A DNA stretch of 63,558 bases, the filler included, from Phoronis australis (Eukaryota > Animalia > Phoronida), in assembly GCA_002633005.1 (NCBI GenBank). It is 9 parts of 9 records of this genome, joined end to end, with 100 filler letters (N's around TTAATTAATTAA, not from the genome) between each part and the next. Parts side by side here need not be neighbours in the genome. Positions count along the whole stretch, not along the records: positions 1 to 24,033 come from NMRA01000028.1; positions 24,134 to 27,649 come from NMRA01001527.1; 7 more parts are not named here. One strand, written 5' to 3'. Under the pieces are notes generated by a model. The model made no database searches, was not told where the DNA came from, and was given only the letters and a program-made list of their open reading frames with translations. Positions within the stretch are counted from its first letter, which is position 1. Every line of letters begins with the position of its first letter. This document shows, in pieces, positions 13,201 to 25,072 of the stretch. The position numbers and the translations under genes are program-made.

Positions 13201-15342
13201 ACATCAAGAAAGGCTGCTGAGATGGTAGGGAACTCAGTTGTTTTTGTATTTGTATGAACAGAGACCAAGTATGGATAATATACCGTTGTTCCTTTTGGAG
13301 TTCCTCATGGTGTACATGCCAAAAGTAATTGGGTGGAATATTGTTTTTCTCGTTGTCAAGTCTTAATTTCTTGTACAGAGAAAATAACTGTCAAGAACAT
13401 TTAATTGCGGCTGCATTCTCTCTAAAGAATAGCATTTCATTGTTAACAATTCCGGCTCATCATGGGTTACAGCTGAGTCGATGAATTGTTCTTGTATCGA
13501 GTTGTGGGGCAGGGGAGTTGCTAAGACAGTCGTAACTTTTTTAATTTGCACATATTTCATTAAACGTGGCTTGTGAAAGTGCCCTTCTAGTCTGAATATA
13601 AAAATATTAAATTTCACCAAGGCCCTCAATCCCTCGATTTTGGGACCGATAATTGGTCCCATTCCCCTGTGAAAATATTGAAAAATCATGCGAAATTCCC
13701 CTCACGAGGCCCAAAAATTCTCTCAAGTGATGTGATAGAAAAATTCCTCCTTGAGGTTCAAGCCACTGATAACCTGCACAGGTGACAATTTTAACAAGCA
13801 CGAAATGTTAATTTTGGCTACTTGAGGCAGAGCCTATGAGGGCTTGCAACAGGGTGGGGGCTGCTGTTGATGGTGATCGGGAGGTAGAATTTTCCCCTCT
13901 CCAAAAAAATTTCCCTCTCAGAAGGCACAGACATCTTTCTACTCAGATAAACGAGGACCCTGTTAACTTCAGTTCTTCCAAAAACACAACGTGCTTTGCA
14001 ATGTTGTGCCTCCAATTTAGCTATGCGGACTTGTAACCTGTCATAAAATGGGTCCATTCCATTGTTTCTGTACTCAAAAACAGAAAGTGCATCTCATTAT
14101 GAGTTTGCAGTCAAGAGTATAAACTTGTTAGTATTTTTTCCTGTGATTAGCAATGACTATTCCTGTGACTCTGAGTGGGAGAATTGGGAAGCAAGGGTGG
14201 AATATTGGAACTGGACTGAAAAGTATGTAAACTGTTGTAGTTCAGTTTAAAAGGTTAACTGTGGTGGTGATTGACCTTCAACTAGGGTTACACTTGAATA
14301 TGTGGGTTGGCAGTTTATTTTTTGTTCATGGAATGAAGTTCGCGTTACATGTTACAGGCTGTGTCTACTGGTGTCCACTTCAAAGACAAAGATCTCATCA
14401 TGTCCTGGCATGCTCCTAAGGTGAAGACGCGGTCTGTGACACGGTCTGTGACAGAGGTGGAGCTGGACAGCCACGTGGAGGAGGAAGTTGATGATGAGGT
14501 GCGTGGTTACCTTGTTCCTCGTCACCCTGTTGTCTGGAGTTATGTCGGCTCACCAAAAAAATTTCTCTCTTTTCCACTTAATTTTCCTGTAATTTTTGAG
14601 GGGGATAAGTGTCCACTTCCTTTATTCAAGGTCGTGGATTCGAGTCCCAATGGGGCACACTGCTAGACCCTTCAGTCAGTCTGTAGCTCCTCAGCTCCAG
14701 TTTTTATTTTAATAAAGCTAAAAATGGCTTCAGGTGATCAGTGCAATGGCCTCACCTGATTGGCCTGCAATTATTTTTATTTATAAACTTCAATCGAATT
14801 TCATTCGAAGTACACACTACGAGTTAGGTGTTGTACTGCAGCTTCTGAAGTTGTGGGTTTGAATTCATCTTAGGGCTTATCTTAAGTGCACATCATTGTT
14901 GCCGATAATCTCATAAATAGGCTGAGAGTACATTGACTTTCCTTTCATCGTGATTATGAAAATGACTGGTACATTGTTAAAACTAAAGCGAGTATACATT
15001 GCTGTGCTGTATTCTTCAAAGAATAACGTTATGCTTACAGCTTTAATGTCATCACTCCAACATTCCAGCTTGTCTGACTAATTTCAGTGGTAGACATTTT
15101 GTGAATGTACACAAACACAGTCCGGAAGTTACTCGAGTAACATTTGCCTTTCGCTTGCATGATTTTGCCAGGTCTTGATTTTCTATCAATGGGACTAATC
15201 TCGGAAGTTAGTTCAAAGGTCTTGTTACTTTATGAATTTGCTGGCATTTGTCTTCTGGTTACAGGACTTGGATGAAGATGTGCTACTTGGTGACGAAGAA
15301 GAGGATGATGAAGATGAAGAAGACCGGTCCTGGAGAAGATAG
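1205..15342 (+). CDS. RBM26: RNA-binding protein 26/27 (CCCH zinc finger, two RRMs), multi-exon; the 5' end with the PWI domain lies upstream of the window
   Basis: GT-AG exons with compatible phases: 1205-1272, 1575-1726 (RS-rich), 2477-2578, 3318-3428 (zinc finger RCRDFDEKGFCMLGDMCPCDHGTDPVVVEDVNLP), 3964-4038, 4315-4482, 5072-5269 (YNPEAP), 5859-5975, 6205-6332 and 6597-6737 (RRM1 LEVRKIP..LNEHFEKFGTIVNL..GDPEGALV..NNRFIKVFWH), duplicate set 7318-7515, 8126-8242, 8472-8599, 8865-9005, then 9937-10053 (SVKDRLG), 10321-10533, 11080-11145, 11485-11568, 11783-11887 (LLDVELELY), 12082-12291 (RG-rich, VDRRPRAL), 13138-13224, 14358-14498, 15265-15342 (DEDEEDRSWRR*). These motifs and the SWRR C-terminus match the RBM26/RBM27/swm family. 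Confidence 0.95.
2650..2778. mobile_element. Small degenerate MITE in an RBM26 intron
   Basis: Imperfect inverted termini ACCAAGAACTCGTTCCAAG / CTTGGAATAGGTCCCTGGT around about 90 bp of non-coding sequence. Confidence 0.4.
4601..9045 (+). repeat. ~2.2-kb near-identical direct duplication of four RBM26 exons with introns (about 4601-6780 vs 6848-9045), probably an uncollapsed haplotype
   Basis: The copies differ by scattered SNPs and small indels and are joined at a single N (6781). The block starts in phase 1 and ends in phase 0, so including both copies in one mRNA would frameshift. Confidence 0.9.
9110..9292 (+). repeat. Intronic tandem repeat, ~41-bp core x3
   Basis: AATCCTTTAGTTAATTGGCATGCTAACACGTTATGCAAGGA occurs three times; the last two copies carry a shared extension. 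Confidence 0.85.
10144..10320 (+). repeat. 59-bp tandem repeat x3 ending exactly at an RBM26 splice acceptor
   Basis: Units 10144-10202, 10203-10261 and 10262-10320 each end ...CTAATGCCGTATTCCTTTATTCAG. Confidence 0.9.
10536..10724 (+). repeat. 62-bp GT-rich tandem repeat x3 beginning at an RBM26 splice donor
   Basis: Unit GAGGGTAATGTGGTGATGGTGACATGCTCACACCACCACCATGGTGTGGTGATGGTGATGAT at 10536, 10598 and 10660 (the last degenerate). Confidence 0.9.
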
Positions 15343-18300
15343 GTCACGTGCTTTCCTCTAGTGCTCAGGACAAAGTGGAGACTACATGATGCGTGGTGCC
15401 CCGGTGGTTGAGGCTGAAGAGACTGGTCGTCTGTTACAGTTCAATAATGTGGATGCTTGTTCTGGACTTAAATTGTGTAAATAGTGGCAATATTGAAGTG
15501 GATTGTTTTGTGATTTGCTTCGTTATCCAATCAGTTGTTAGCAACACCTGGTGGTAGATGAGTTTTGTAAGATGATAGATGCCAGGCTTTGATTTATCTG
15601 CGCTTTGTACTTGTCTGATATTTAAGCTACTTTCAAAGAAAAAAAAAGAGGAAAAGAAAAAACAATGAAAAGATCAAAAAAGAAAAAAAAGAGGAAAAGA
15701 AACTACTGTTTCTTTGAAAAGAGAAAATATTGACAAGGAAAGTAGCTAAGAAAATATTCAATGAGATCAATAAAAAATGAGACCTTGTTGTCGGTAGACA
15801 CAGGTCAAAACACCCCAAATATGAAAAGGGCTGTTTCACTTCACTTGCCCATGGCAAGTCTCTCTTGTAGCTTGTGTGGACTGTGGTCGGAATGTTCATC
15901 ATGAGGAATGAGTTGGTAAGCCGGAGCACAGTGTGGTAAGTTGACTTTTGAATCCTAGAAAGTAAAAGTATGATGACAAATCCCACTGATTTAGAAAGTA
16001 CAGTAAGTATGAACTTGGTATGTAAGCTGACATTTCATTATTTTGGATCCCAGAAAATTCAAGTTTTTAATTTTTGTATGTTGCAACAGTTTTTTTGTTC
16101 AATTCTGCTTGGAATCACAAAATCACTTGTGCACTTTCAGAACCATGCAGCACTATATAAGTTATAGTGAAATCAAAAAGTACACACTCAAAATCTCAAC
16201 TCTTTTCCAATGCACATAGCGAGACAAAACATGTCTTACTTGAATTTCTTCATCTTTGAGAAACCCCGTGGAGTGTGCTTTCTGACAGTTATGCCTTTTT
16301 TCAGGTGCCTTCAGAAAGGCTGCAAACGAGCGCTTTCATTGACCCAGACTAGATATAACTTAAAATAAGCCATTCAAACTGTGTACTTTGCCCTTACAGT
16401 TAATTGTAACCATATAATAAAAATTGTGTTTTTTATGCTTGTTACCAAGGTTATCAAAACTGTGCTTCAAAAGAATGGGTGATGGGGGTAATAAATATGC
16501 ATGGAATAACAGAATGTTTATAAACAACAGGCTAGAGATACAAGCTCTAACAAAACAAAAGTACTGTCAATGTAGCTGGAGTGAAGTGATTGATGCTATT
16601 GGAAACTGAACTTGGAATAGACCAGTAAGTCTTGTAAAACAGTCTTTTAAAAACAGTTTGAGTTCATCGTGTATTTAGAACTTGTGACTACATAAAATGT
16701 TAAATTTGACTCATTTTGGTAACTGTGATGGTGGGAGTGTAACTATTTTAATTAAAAATTAAGACCTGATACAAGTTTGCTTGTTAACAGTTGAATTAAC
16801 ATTAGTGCACCATGTATCTCAAACTGTATTCAAGCTATAACATATTGGGTTTATCATGCACTAATAATAACTCATAAGTGGCAGTTTTCCATAATAGTCA
16901 TTTACTAGGCACGGTGAGTCTTAGTAATTGTTCACAGCAAATACGTTGACCCTCGTTTAAAGTTTTGGGAAGAGATCAAAGTGAACTGAACCAATGTATC
17001 CTTTGTGTTAATAGTCACACTGTGTCCACCCCACATTGTGAACTCTTATAATCAGGTGTAGTTGACAGGGCAAACTTGACATCTGAAAGTCAATATAATA
17101 CGCACAATATCTAATCATTTACAGTTCTTCAGTGGGATGCCATGAGGTTTTCACAATGGTTTCATTCACGTGTCGCTAAACTTTATTTCTGTGCCCCAAG
17201 ACATGAAAAGCATTTTTAAATTTTATAAATGGTAACGAGTGTTCAGGTTTAAATGGAGTTACTGGGCATATTTTTAGTAAATTTAAAAAGCTGAAATTTT
17301 AACTTTACTTTTTTTAAAAAACATTGCACGTAGATAAGCACTACTGATGTTCAAAGTTAAACACACATGCTGGCCTCATTTTTATTAAGAAACTCTTGGT
17401 TTTCATTCATTCTATCTAATGCATTTTGAATAATGTTCAAAATGATACTGGTAGCATGTGACTATTTCTTTGTCTCGTAATACTTGGAATCAAGTCTAGA
17501 TAATCGATGTGTAAAGTTTGGACATGTTTAGGGACCAGATATATGTTACTTTTGTAAGAGTTGTTCGGTTTCATCATGTTCCTTATCATTTTTCAGATAA
17601 GGTTGATGGAGTCTCTGACATGGGCTAACCAACTGATGGCAAACTTGTCCACATCCATGAACGTTATTTGAAGTGAATTGGGTTTGTAAAAAACAACAAC
17701 AGAGTAACTGAAGTCACAATTGATAACCATTTTCAGTCAAAATTAGTTAGTTAATATGTTGGTTCTGTGTTAGTATTGAAAAATCTTCATAGACGAGATC
17801 AACTAATTCTGACCAACGTTTTGTATTTTCCTAAATGTGTCATGTGCATGGTATGAAACATTATACAGATCGTACTTAAGTCCTTTTGGTCTGATGTTCA
17901 TTAAGTTACGTGATGTGGCCAACTTGTGGCATGCAGACTAGGCTTGAAAATGTTAGTGGAACCATTCTTATGTATTTAAGTAACTCTATATTGTTAATTT
18001 TTTCAGTATATGAGTGGCAACAATAAAGCTGTGATAACTTGTTGACTGAATTCAGCAGTTGGATATGAGATGTGCAAATACTGAAACTGGTTTTTCTTTA
18101 CTTTTCAGAAATCATCTTGGATGAAAAACGGGTTTACTGAATTATAGCTACATTACATGCAGGTGGTGTTACTGTTAAACAATAGTTTTGAAATGTGGTA
18201 GAATGAAGTTTCTGGTATTTATTTATGAATTTAAGTTTATATACTTTTAGAAAAATCGTAAATGAAAAAATGTGCTTTGTTGGATTTGATTTCTATACTT

Positions 18301-18369
18301 TCAGAAAAATCATGAAAAAATGCTATAGTGTATCGTTGGATTTGAACCCTCATTGTATACGAATCTGGT

Positions 18370-18700
18370 TGTGCCTCTGGTCTAGTGATTGTGCCTCTGG
18401 TCTAGTGATTGTGCCTCTGGTCTAGTGATTGTGCCTCTGGTCTAGTGATTGTGGCACTGGTCTAGTGATTGTGCCTCTGGTCTAGTGATTGTGCCTCTGG
18501 TCTAGTGATTGTGCCTCTGGTCTAGTGATTGTGCCTCTGGTCTAGTGATTGTGCCTCTGGTCTAGTGATTGTGCCTCTGGTCTAGTGATTGTGCCTCTGG
18601 TCTGATTGTGTCACTGGTCTAGTGATTGTGCCTCTGGTCTAGTGGTCTAGTGATTGTGCCTCTGGTCTGATTGTGTCACTGGTCTTGTGATTGTGCCACT
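18370..18700 (+). repeat. 20-bp minisatellite (TGTGCCTCTGGTCTAGTGAT)n, about 16 copies
   Basis: Directly visible head-to-tail array that degenerates at its right end. There are no unique spacers. Confidence 0.95.
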
Positions 18701-21700
18701 ACACCATGAGGGTTGTTAGTGACTTAGTTGTTCAATTGGTTATGCTATCATTTTGCTCAGGCTTGAACACAGTCATGGTTGCAATTGTTTTGATGTACCG
18801 CCCAATCACATGCTAGATTTGTCGGTCATTGTCTTTGATTTGTTCTGTGAACTGGGGTGTAGCTTTTTCTAGTTTTGATCACTGTCTGTGCAAGACATGT
18901 TGTGAGCAGTTTACCATTGACAGGTTAGTTTTTATTTTACTGTGTGTAGTTAGTCTTGTGCTGATGTACATTGGTTTAACCGTAAGGCTGGTTTGCTGTG
19001 AGTTATTGTAGCACATCTTAACCTAGAATAGTGTAATTTGTATTTTGTCCTTACTAAGTCAGGGAGATTTTAGACCTCGTTTGTGTACTTTTAATGGATT
19101 CACTCATGCCTATTGTTGGTAGTCTATGGATGTGGATTTTAATTGTTAAATAATAACTTTGCTGTAGCAGTTAGGTAACCATACAGTGTAATATTTATTG
19201 TTACAGATTAGTGTTCTCCAGGATCAGAGCTAGTATATTGCTTGTTATGAATGCTTATAAACAAAAAAAAAAACTCAAAAGATACCAAAACCAGCGAAGT
19301 TAACAATCATACAGCAGTCACTGTGTTGATTAGACTCTGGAAACGTTTATCGACAGCCATCAGGCGTCATGGTCTACTTTCCCAAGGTTTTTAACTGTAT
19401 TATTCAAAGTGTTGTAAAGTTAACGAATACGTGGGAAAGTGTGCCATTTCAAGGTAATAATTTAAACCTTTGACTTAGTGAAGCACAACACTTCTGGGTA
19501 AATCTGTTAATTGCAAGTCCGTTAACCGAAACGGTAAGAAACTCAGTCATAACTTTTCAGGTAGGATATTTTTCTTTCCACCTTTACATGTATTTTTAAC
19601 CCCGTTTCATGACTGTCGTAATCCCGTAAATGACGAGACCGCGCATTCGCTTAACTCGAATTTCGGAAAATTATTCAACGTTTACACCGTTTCTTCGATT
19701 TCTCTCTCCGCAGAATATTGAGCACGCAGCCTAGTAGGCGTGAACGGTAAACGCGGGCGGCGAATAGTATTGGGCTTCGACAAAGAAGCGCGTTCGCCTG
19801 ATCGAGACGAACAAAAAACACGCCGGGGTTTTGCCGGCGCTTTTCCGTCACGGGAAAGAAAGGGAGTGAGGCCACAGGTAGGAGCAGGTATCCGCGCGGT
19901 CGCTTTTGAGTTTTGTCTAAGAGACTGGAAGCCAACATCTAGGCTTAATTATTCGGTTTTATTATGTAGATAATATCGATACATAGTACTTAGGCTAACA
20001 GTCGTCGTGGTTGTTAATGACGGTTCTTTTACTCACGCAGAGCTATTGTTGAATGTCAATCCAGATTTTTTCAATGCCGTTTTCCAACTCAGCTGTTTCG
20101 TTGCATTTTTTTGCTGAAAGGCTAAGATCCCAAAAAGCATATCCCGATCGCGTGTGCCTTGTTTTTACGCTTTTCGTATCTTGCCTAAAATATTTTCTAT
20201 CGGTTGAGACCTAACATCTTTGGTCGGATCTACCATTATGAGTTTTCTAGTTGCTATGTTAAAAACGTAAGATGGCGCTAATGATCTTGCCAAATGTGAC
20301 CAACCAGCACTAAACTACTTGTTAGGGTTCTTCAGTGTAAATATGTTGAATATTTAAGTATTTTGGCATGGTTGCTCGCATTAAATGTGTCGTTTTCAAA
20401 ATGGTTGTTTTACTCTCAAGTATTTTAGACATAGGGCCCTCATAGTGCATTTAAGCTTCGGTGCAAAGGCAGCGGGTGTGTCATTTGTATAGGTTGCTGG
20501 TTTAAACTGAATATACTTTTTTTCGCTTTATGCATGCTCCGGCTCCAGTTCGTTTATTATTTTACCAATTGAAATCATCTCAGCATGTACCCGAATCATT
20601 ATGTACAATTTGCAAAACACTCGAGTAAATCCAACAAGCCGAAAGCATGGGTGACGATTGAGTTATCTGATTCGGGTACAAGTGTGTGGGTTTAAATGCC
20701 GCCACCTCATGGTACGCGGTTTTTTGTAAACTTTCTAATAAAAAATTCTGCATCTTACGGTTGTCACTCTAAAAGTAAACGTATCTGTGTAACGGCAGCA
20801 TCTTCAATGAATGCGCCCCACGAATACTCGAAATCGCTATCCATCCATCAAAAATTGTGACGCAACAGGGGAAGGGTATCTTCTGCTCCCAAGGACCTCT
20901 AACTGCATCGTACACTAAGTATTTATTGTACAGTTTTGATTTAATTCACTTCTTCGTTTATGCCACGTTTTTCCCCCGTGTATGGGTGGGCGCAGGTTGT
21001 TTCAGACCTGACGCGTGCTTATAGATTTTTTCGGTATGATGATAGACTGAAGACTGGTTCGAGTTAATCCTTTTATTAATCTCGACCATACGTTCACAAG
21101 CCTACTCAAACAAAATGTCCTACGTAATGTCTGTTTTATGCCCCAGCCAGCGCTGCGAAGCCTTGACTTGTGATGAACTGAGTTCAACTATCAACTACAC
21201 TGCTTTACTCCGACTGCTGAACTGCTTAAGTTACTCACAAACCTGTGCTTGTGTATTTATAGACAAATGCAATGTTCTAGAACTTTTCACCAATTCAAGC
21301 ATATGCAGAACTTTCCGGAATCTACCCAATCATTCTAGTCTCTAGAATATTCCAGACTGCAATAATCACTGCCTCTGTCTTTTAGAAAGTTCCACACTAT
21401 ACTGTGGTAAACAAATTACACCATCACTGTACTGAGCTCAGGGGTCATGCCAATCATGCAATAATACAAACAGAACAGTAAAACAAAACGAAACTAAGAA
21501 CAGTGTCAGTCCAATTTCTGACAATTTAGTTATTCATATACATTTGTGTCTTCAAGCCAACTAGACACGTTTGCACGAAATACGCGTGAAATTGGACCGA
21601 TTTTTTTCTTTCGCTAACGCGGCCGGCGGTAAAGTGCTCCATACATTTATAAATTAAATTTGTTTTCACTGAAAGTTTACCCTGTCCGACTCCAGAAGGA

Positions 21701-23014
21701 ATTTCAGAGAACCACATCCGCGAGGAGTCCTCGGCCGGGAAGAGTTCTGGCTATAGGCAATATCGTGACATCGCCCCCAACCTCCCCAAAATGGAGTTTG
21801 TTTGCCAGTTACACTGTCGCAAGTTATGGAGCGCTGGTCGCTTTTGGCGTACACTGAGCAAAAACGTGTGTTTCATCAGCGACGTTTGCCGGAAATTTCG
21901 GCGTTGTCCGGTCCGGGACAATGTTGTGTATTTGAAGAGTCCACGTCTTCAGGCAGTGTTAAAGCTGTATTTTGTCTTGTTTGAGCTGACCGAACGAAAT
22001 TCAAATTGGGATTTTATTCTCCTAAAATCGGACGCATAATATTCCTTACCGTGACAGGGCACGGTTTCTGCCTACCATTATAGTACCGTAGTACTACCAA
22101 CTCAAGAACATTGAAAATAGTGCTTGTTCGAATGTGACGCATGATCGCAGGCTTGTGTAGACAATGGTAATGGAGTGTTATCACGGTATAGGGGTTCTAT
22201 GAGAGTAAAAGGACTAATTCGATTTTTATTTTTAGCCAATAGGACTATGCACCCTTTAAGTGATGAGGTCGCCATGTTCAATTTCGGGTCGAATACTTGG
22301 AAGACGTCGGAAATGCAAGATTTCTAGCAAAATCACAAAACACAACCGGCTTTGCTTTTTCATAGCCCTGGCCATGGCTAACAACATCAAAAACTATTCC
22401 CAATAATAATTCAAAATGGTTTTTTGGCCTTAAAATCGATTGTTTCTTTTTTCAAAGTCCCACGAAGCACTATATATTATTGGTTCACTTTTGTTTGATG
22501 GTGAAACTCTATGCTTTGTTTTGCTTTTGTTGAATATTCGACTAGCTAGCATTCCTATAATTACATCCATGGGCCAAACTGAGTTCACTGTGGTCACCTC
22601 AACGGAAAGACTCGCCAACGTTAGTTTATGATTTATTCGAATCCTGCTTGACCAAATTAGCGCTTGGTGTGTGTTTTTTATTACCTTTTTTTATTGAAAT
22701 CGACTGAAAAGACGGAACAAGACGAACCATTGTGCAATTTTGTCAATAAGCCGAGATATGGTCCTTGTGCTTTGAGAAAACACAAAAATTGTTTAATTTT
22801 ATTTCCTTTTTGCAATTATTTATCAGTATTGGAATTTGAGAATAAGAAAAAATTCTTTAAAAGGCGATCACCTAACTGTTCCCGTTCCCGTCATTCAAAA
22901 CTGTTAATCGCAAACATTTTTCGGCCTGAACTATCAGTGAAATCACTAGTACATACCGTAATGTGTTTTTGTGATCTTAAATACATTTTAATTAAGTGAA
23001 CTCTTACATCATGG

Positions 23015-23297
23015 CATAGGCGGTTTGGGGGGGGGGGGGGNCTTGGTTGGTGCAAGCAAAATTAAACAGCCATGAAGCGTAGGAAATATGGAGTTCAAGA
23101 CCAGGAGCCGCAGCGGACGAAGAGAGTGGGGGGGTACCTGAGGAGGCCCCGAACTTGGGACGGTGTTTTTTTTAAGTCCTCCGATAGATTTTGGGAGCAC
23201 CAGTCACATCGTCAACTCCCGCAACTTTCGGGGCGCCTCGACCAATCCTCCGAAACAACATGTTGGGCCCCCTTTTATTATCCTACATCCGCCACTG
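23015..23297 (-). mobile_element. CAGTGGCGGAT-family MITE, reverse-orientation copy
   Basis: The reverse complement begins CAGTGGCGGATGTAGGATAATAAAAGGGGGCCCAACATGTTG, matching the copies at 54635 and 60468. The other end is (T)AGGCGG plus a poly-G tract. Confidence 0.65.
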
Positions 23298-23408
23298 TAT
23301 GGAGCACTAAAAATTTCTACTCAAGCATGACACGCTTGGTTCCCAAGTAGTACCTGTTGCAGTCAACAGAAGGCTCTTTCCCACACTTCCTGAAAACGAG
23401 GCTAAAAC

Positions 23409-23504
23409 ATGGAAGCCGCCGACAGGGCCACGCTCCAAGATAAAATAAAAAAGCAAGGTGAAGTTGTGAGAAATTTGAAAGCGGACAAAGCCGATGCTGA
23501 ACTG
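23409..23504 (+). CDS. HARS: First coding exon of a WHEP-domain aminoacyl-tRNA synthetase, most likely histidyl-tRNA synthetase; the rest of the gene is not in the window
   Basis: AAAAC-ATG-G start; translates as MEAADRATLQDKIKKQGEVVRNLKADKADAEL and is followed by a GTTAGT donor in phase 0. It has the WHEP-TRS QG..VR.LK motif and closely resembles the HisRS N-terminus (human [30 protein letters not shown]). An ETS-like ACTTCCTG lies just upstream. Too short to appear in the ORF track. Confidence 0.82.
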
Positions 23505-24033
23505 GTTAGTAGTAAATGTTTTCCAGGATTCCATTGATTTATAGAAATCTAAGAAACTGCGGTTTTGCTTGTTATGTTATGGTAGCCGGATTTCGTCACC
23601 TTTCCCATAATAATTTTTATTACTTAGCCAGGTTTCGACTCGTCGTAAGTCATTGCTGACGGTTACCTCGAACACCACTTCATGGGTATCGCACCATAGG
23701 ATGCTAGGTGGGTGGGGGGTGTATAGCTCCACTTCTATCAGTGCTGCGCTGCCCATGCGTTTTCAAAGAAACATTGAACCACAGGCGTCCTCAGCTTCTG
23801 ATCGTCCCCAATACACTACATATAATACTACAAGGTATGACACTTCCGACCAGAAATTCCACGGGTGCTTCCCTTCAGCCGTCCATAGCAAACATAAAAC
23901 TCAATAAATTTACACAAAACAGAGGTTCAACAAACCATGAAGAATTGTTCTTTCTCCCAATACCATTCACGGTGTCCTGTTCCGGCGACTTCGTAAGAAA
24001 TTCGCAGTCAAAGAACAAAAATGTTCACAAAAA

Positions 24034-24133
24034 NNNNNNNNNNNNNNNNNNNNNNNNNNNNNNNNNNNNNNNNNNNNTTAATTAATTAANNNNNNNNNNN
24101 NNNNNNNNNNNNNNNNNNNNNNNNNNNNNNNNN
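24034..24133. other. Artificial contig spacer (44N-TTAATTAATTAA-44N); identical spacers at 27650-27749, 39404-39503, 41830-41929, 45113-45212, 47838-47937, 51815-51914 and 61405-61504
   Basis: Eight exact 100-bp copies. TTAATTAATTAA places stop codons in all six frames, which is a standard concatenation linker. Confidence 0.98.
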
Positions 24134-24320
24134 CAGAACACACAAAATGAAAGACAATATATCATATTATTGAATAACAGATAATCCTTACCTTTCTGGA
24201 TCCTTAGGAAACCTACAAAATGACACGTCTGGGGTTTTCGTGGATGAATTCATGCAATTTATCGCACTGCAAAATGCGTCCGTCCCCATTGTTTTGGCGC
24301 TTCCTGGGTGACCGTAGCTT

Positions 24321-24401
24321 GTTCACCACTTGGCGGCGCTAGTAGTAGCGGTAACAGCGAACTCACAAGTGAACTCTCCTATACTACTACACTCCTTGCT
24401 T
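24321..24401. mobile_element. Terminus of a non-autonomous DNA transposon; an inverted copy lies at 39324-39403
   Basis: About 80 bp (TCACCACTTGGCGGCGCTAGTAGTAGCGG...ACTCCTTGCTT) is the reverse complement of 39324-39403. That copy begins TTAA-AGCAAGG, a TTAA-plus-purine terminus like Kolobok elements. Confidence 0.65.
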
Positions 24402-25072
24402 CAAGCAAGCAGGATAACGAGTCGTCAAACGCTATTCCAAAAAAACTTAAACGTTTTAACAAAAGCTATGTCTTGCTTGTTTTTTGTAAGCGTACGTAAT
24501 AAATTTTTAGTTAAAATGTCTGAAGGAAATTGAATAAGTAGCATGCATTTAGTTTTGGTGACATTAAACAACAATTTGTTGTTTGATAACCATGTGAGTA
24601 TATAAGCAAGCTTCAACGAAACCAAAAGTTAATAAGGTGTACACTACAAATCGCCTGTACACGAAGTGGAGACAGTCATGACGTTGCCTGCTTAGCCGCG
24701 CTTAGTATTTTACATGAATACGAATGAGATCTTTCGAAGAATGGCTTTTTGGGCCGTATAACTTGCAACCGAATTGAAAACGCCAATTCCGTCTTCATGG
24801 CCAAGGAACCTCAGTTTGAGGAAGCCCAACAGTTGATTTTCATCGATTATCCTTCCTAGATGTTTTATAGACCAATGATTTAACATTATTGCCAGCCCAC
24901 TGTAAATGAATGGTTCAGGAAAATCAACTCAAATCGATGACATTCAACTGTGAACAATGTACAGGCTATCAGAGGTAGGGGCTCATTAATCGATTTCTCG
25001 GGTTGGTCTTCGTTCTCTTATTTAAATCCTCGATTGATTCGAAGGCACAGAAAAGGTTAAGTGGCCAGCGAG

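Noticed and set aside
14625-14660. GGATTCGAGTCCC as part of a tRNA gene
   Set aside because: Only a B-box/T-arm-like half is present, with no D-arm or acceptor pairing; at most a SINE remnant.
18370-18700. 20-bp array as a CRISPR array
   Set aside because: The units are directly adjacent with no unique spacers, no cas genes are present, and the DNA is eukaryotic; it is a minisatellite.
24078-24089. Recurring TTAATTAATTAA as a biological motif or piggyBac target
   Set aside because: It is always centred in exactly 44+44 Ns, so it is a synthetic linker.
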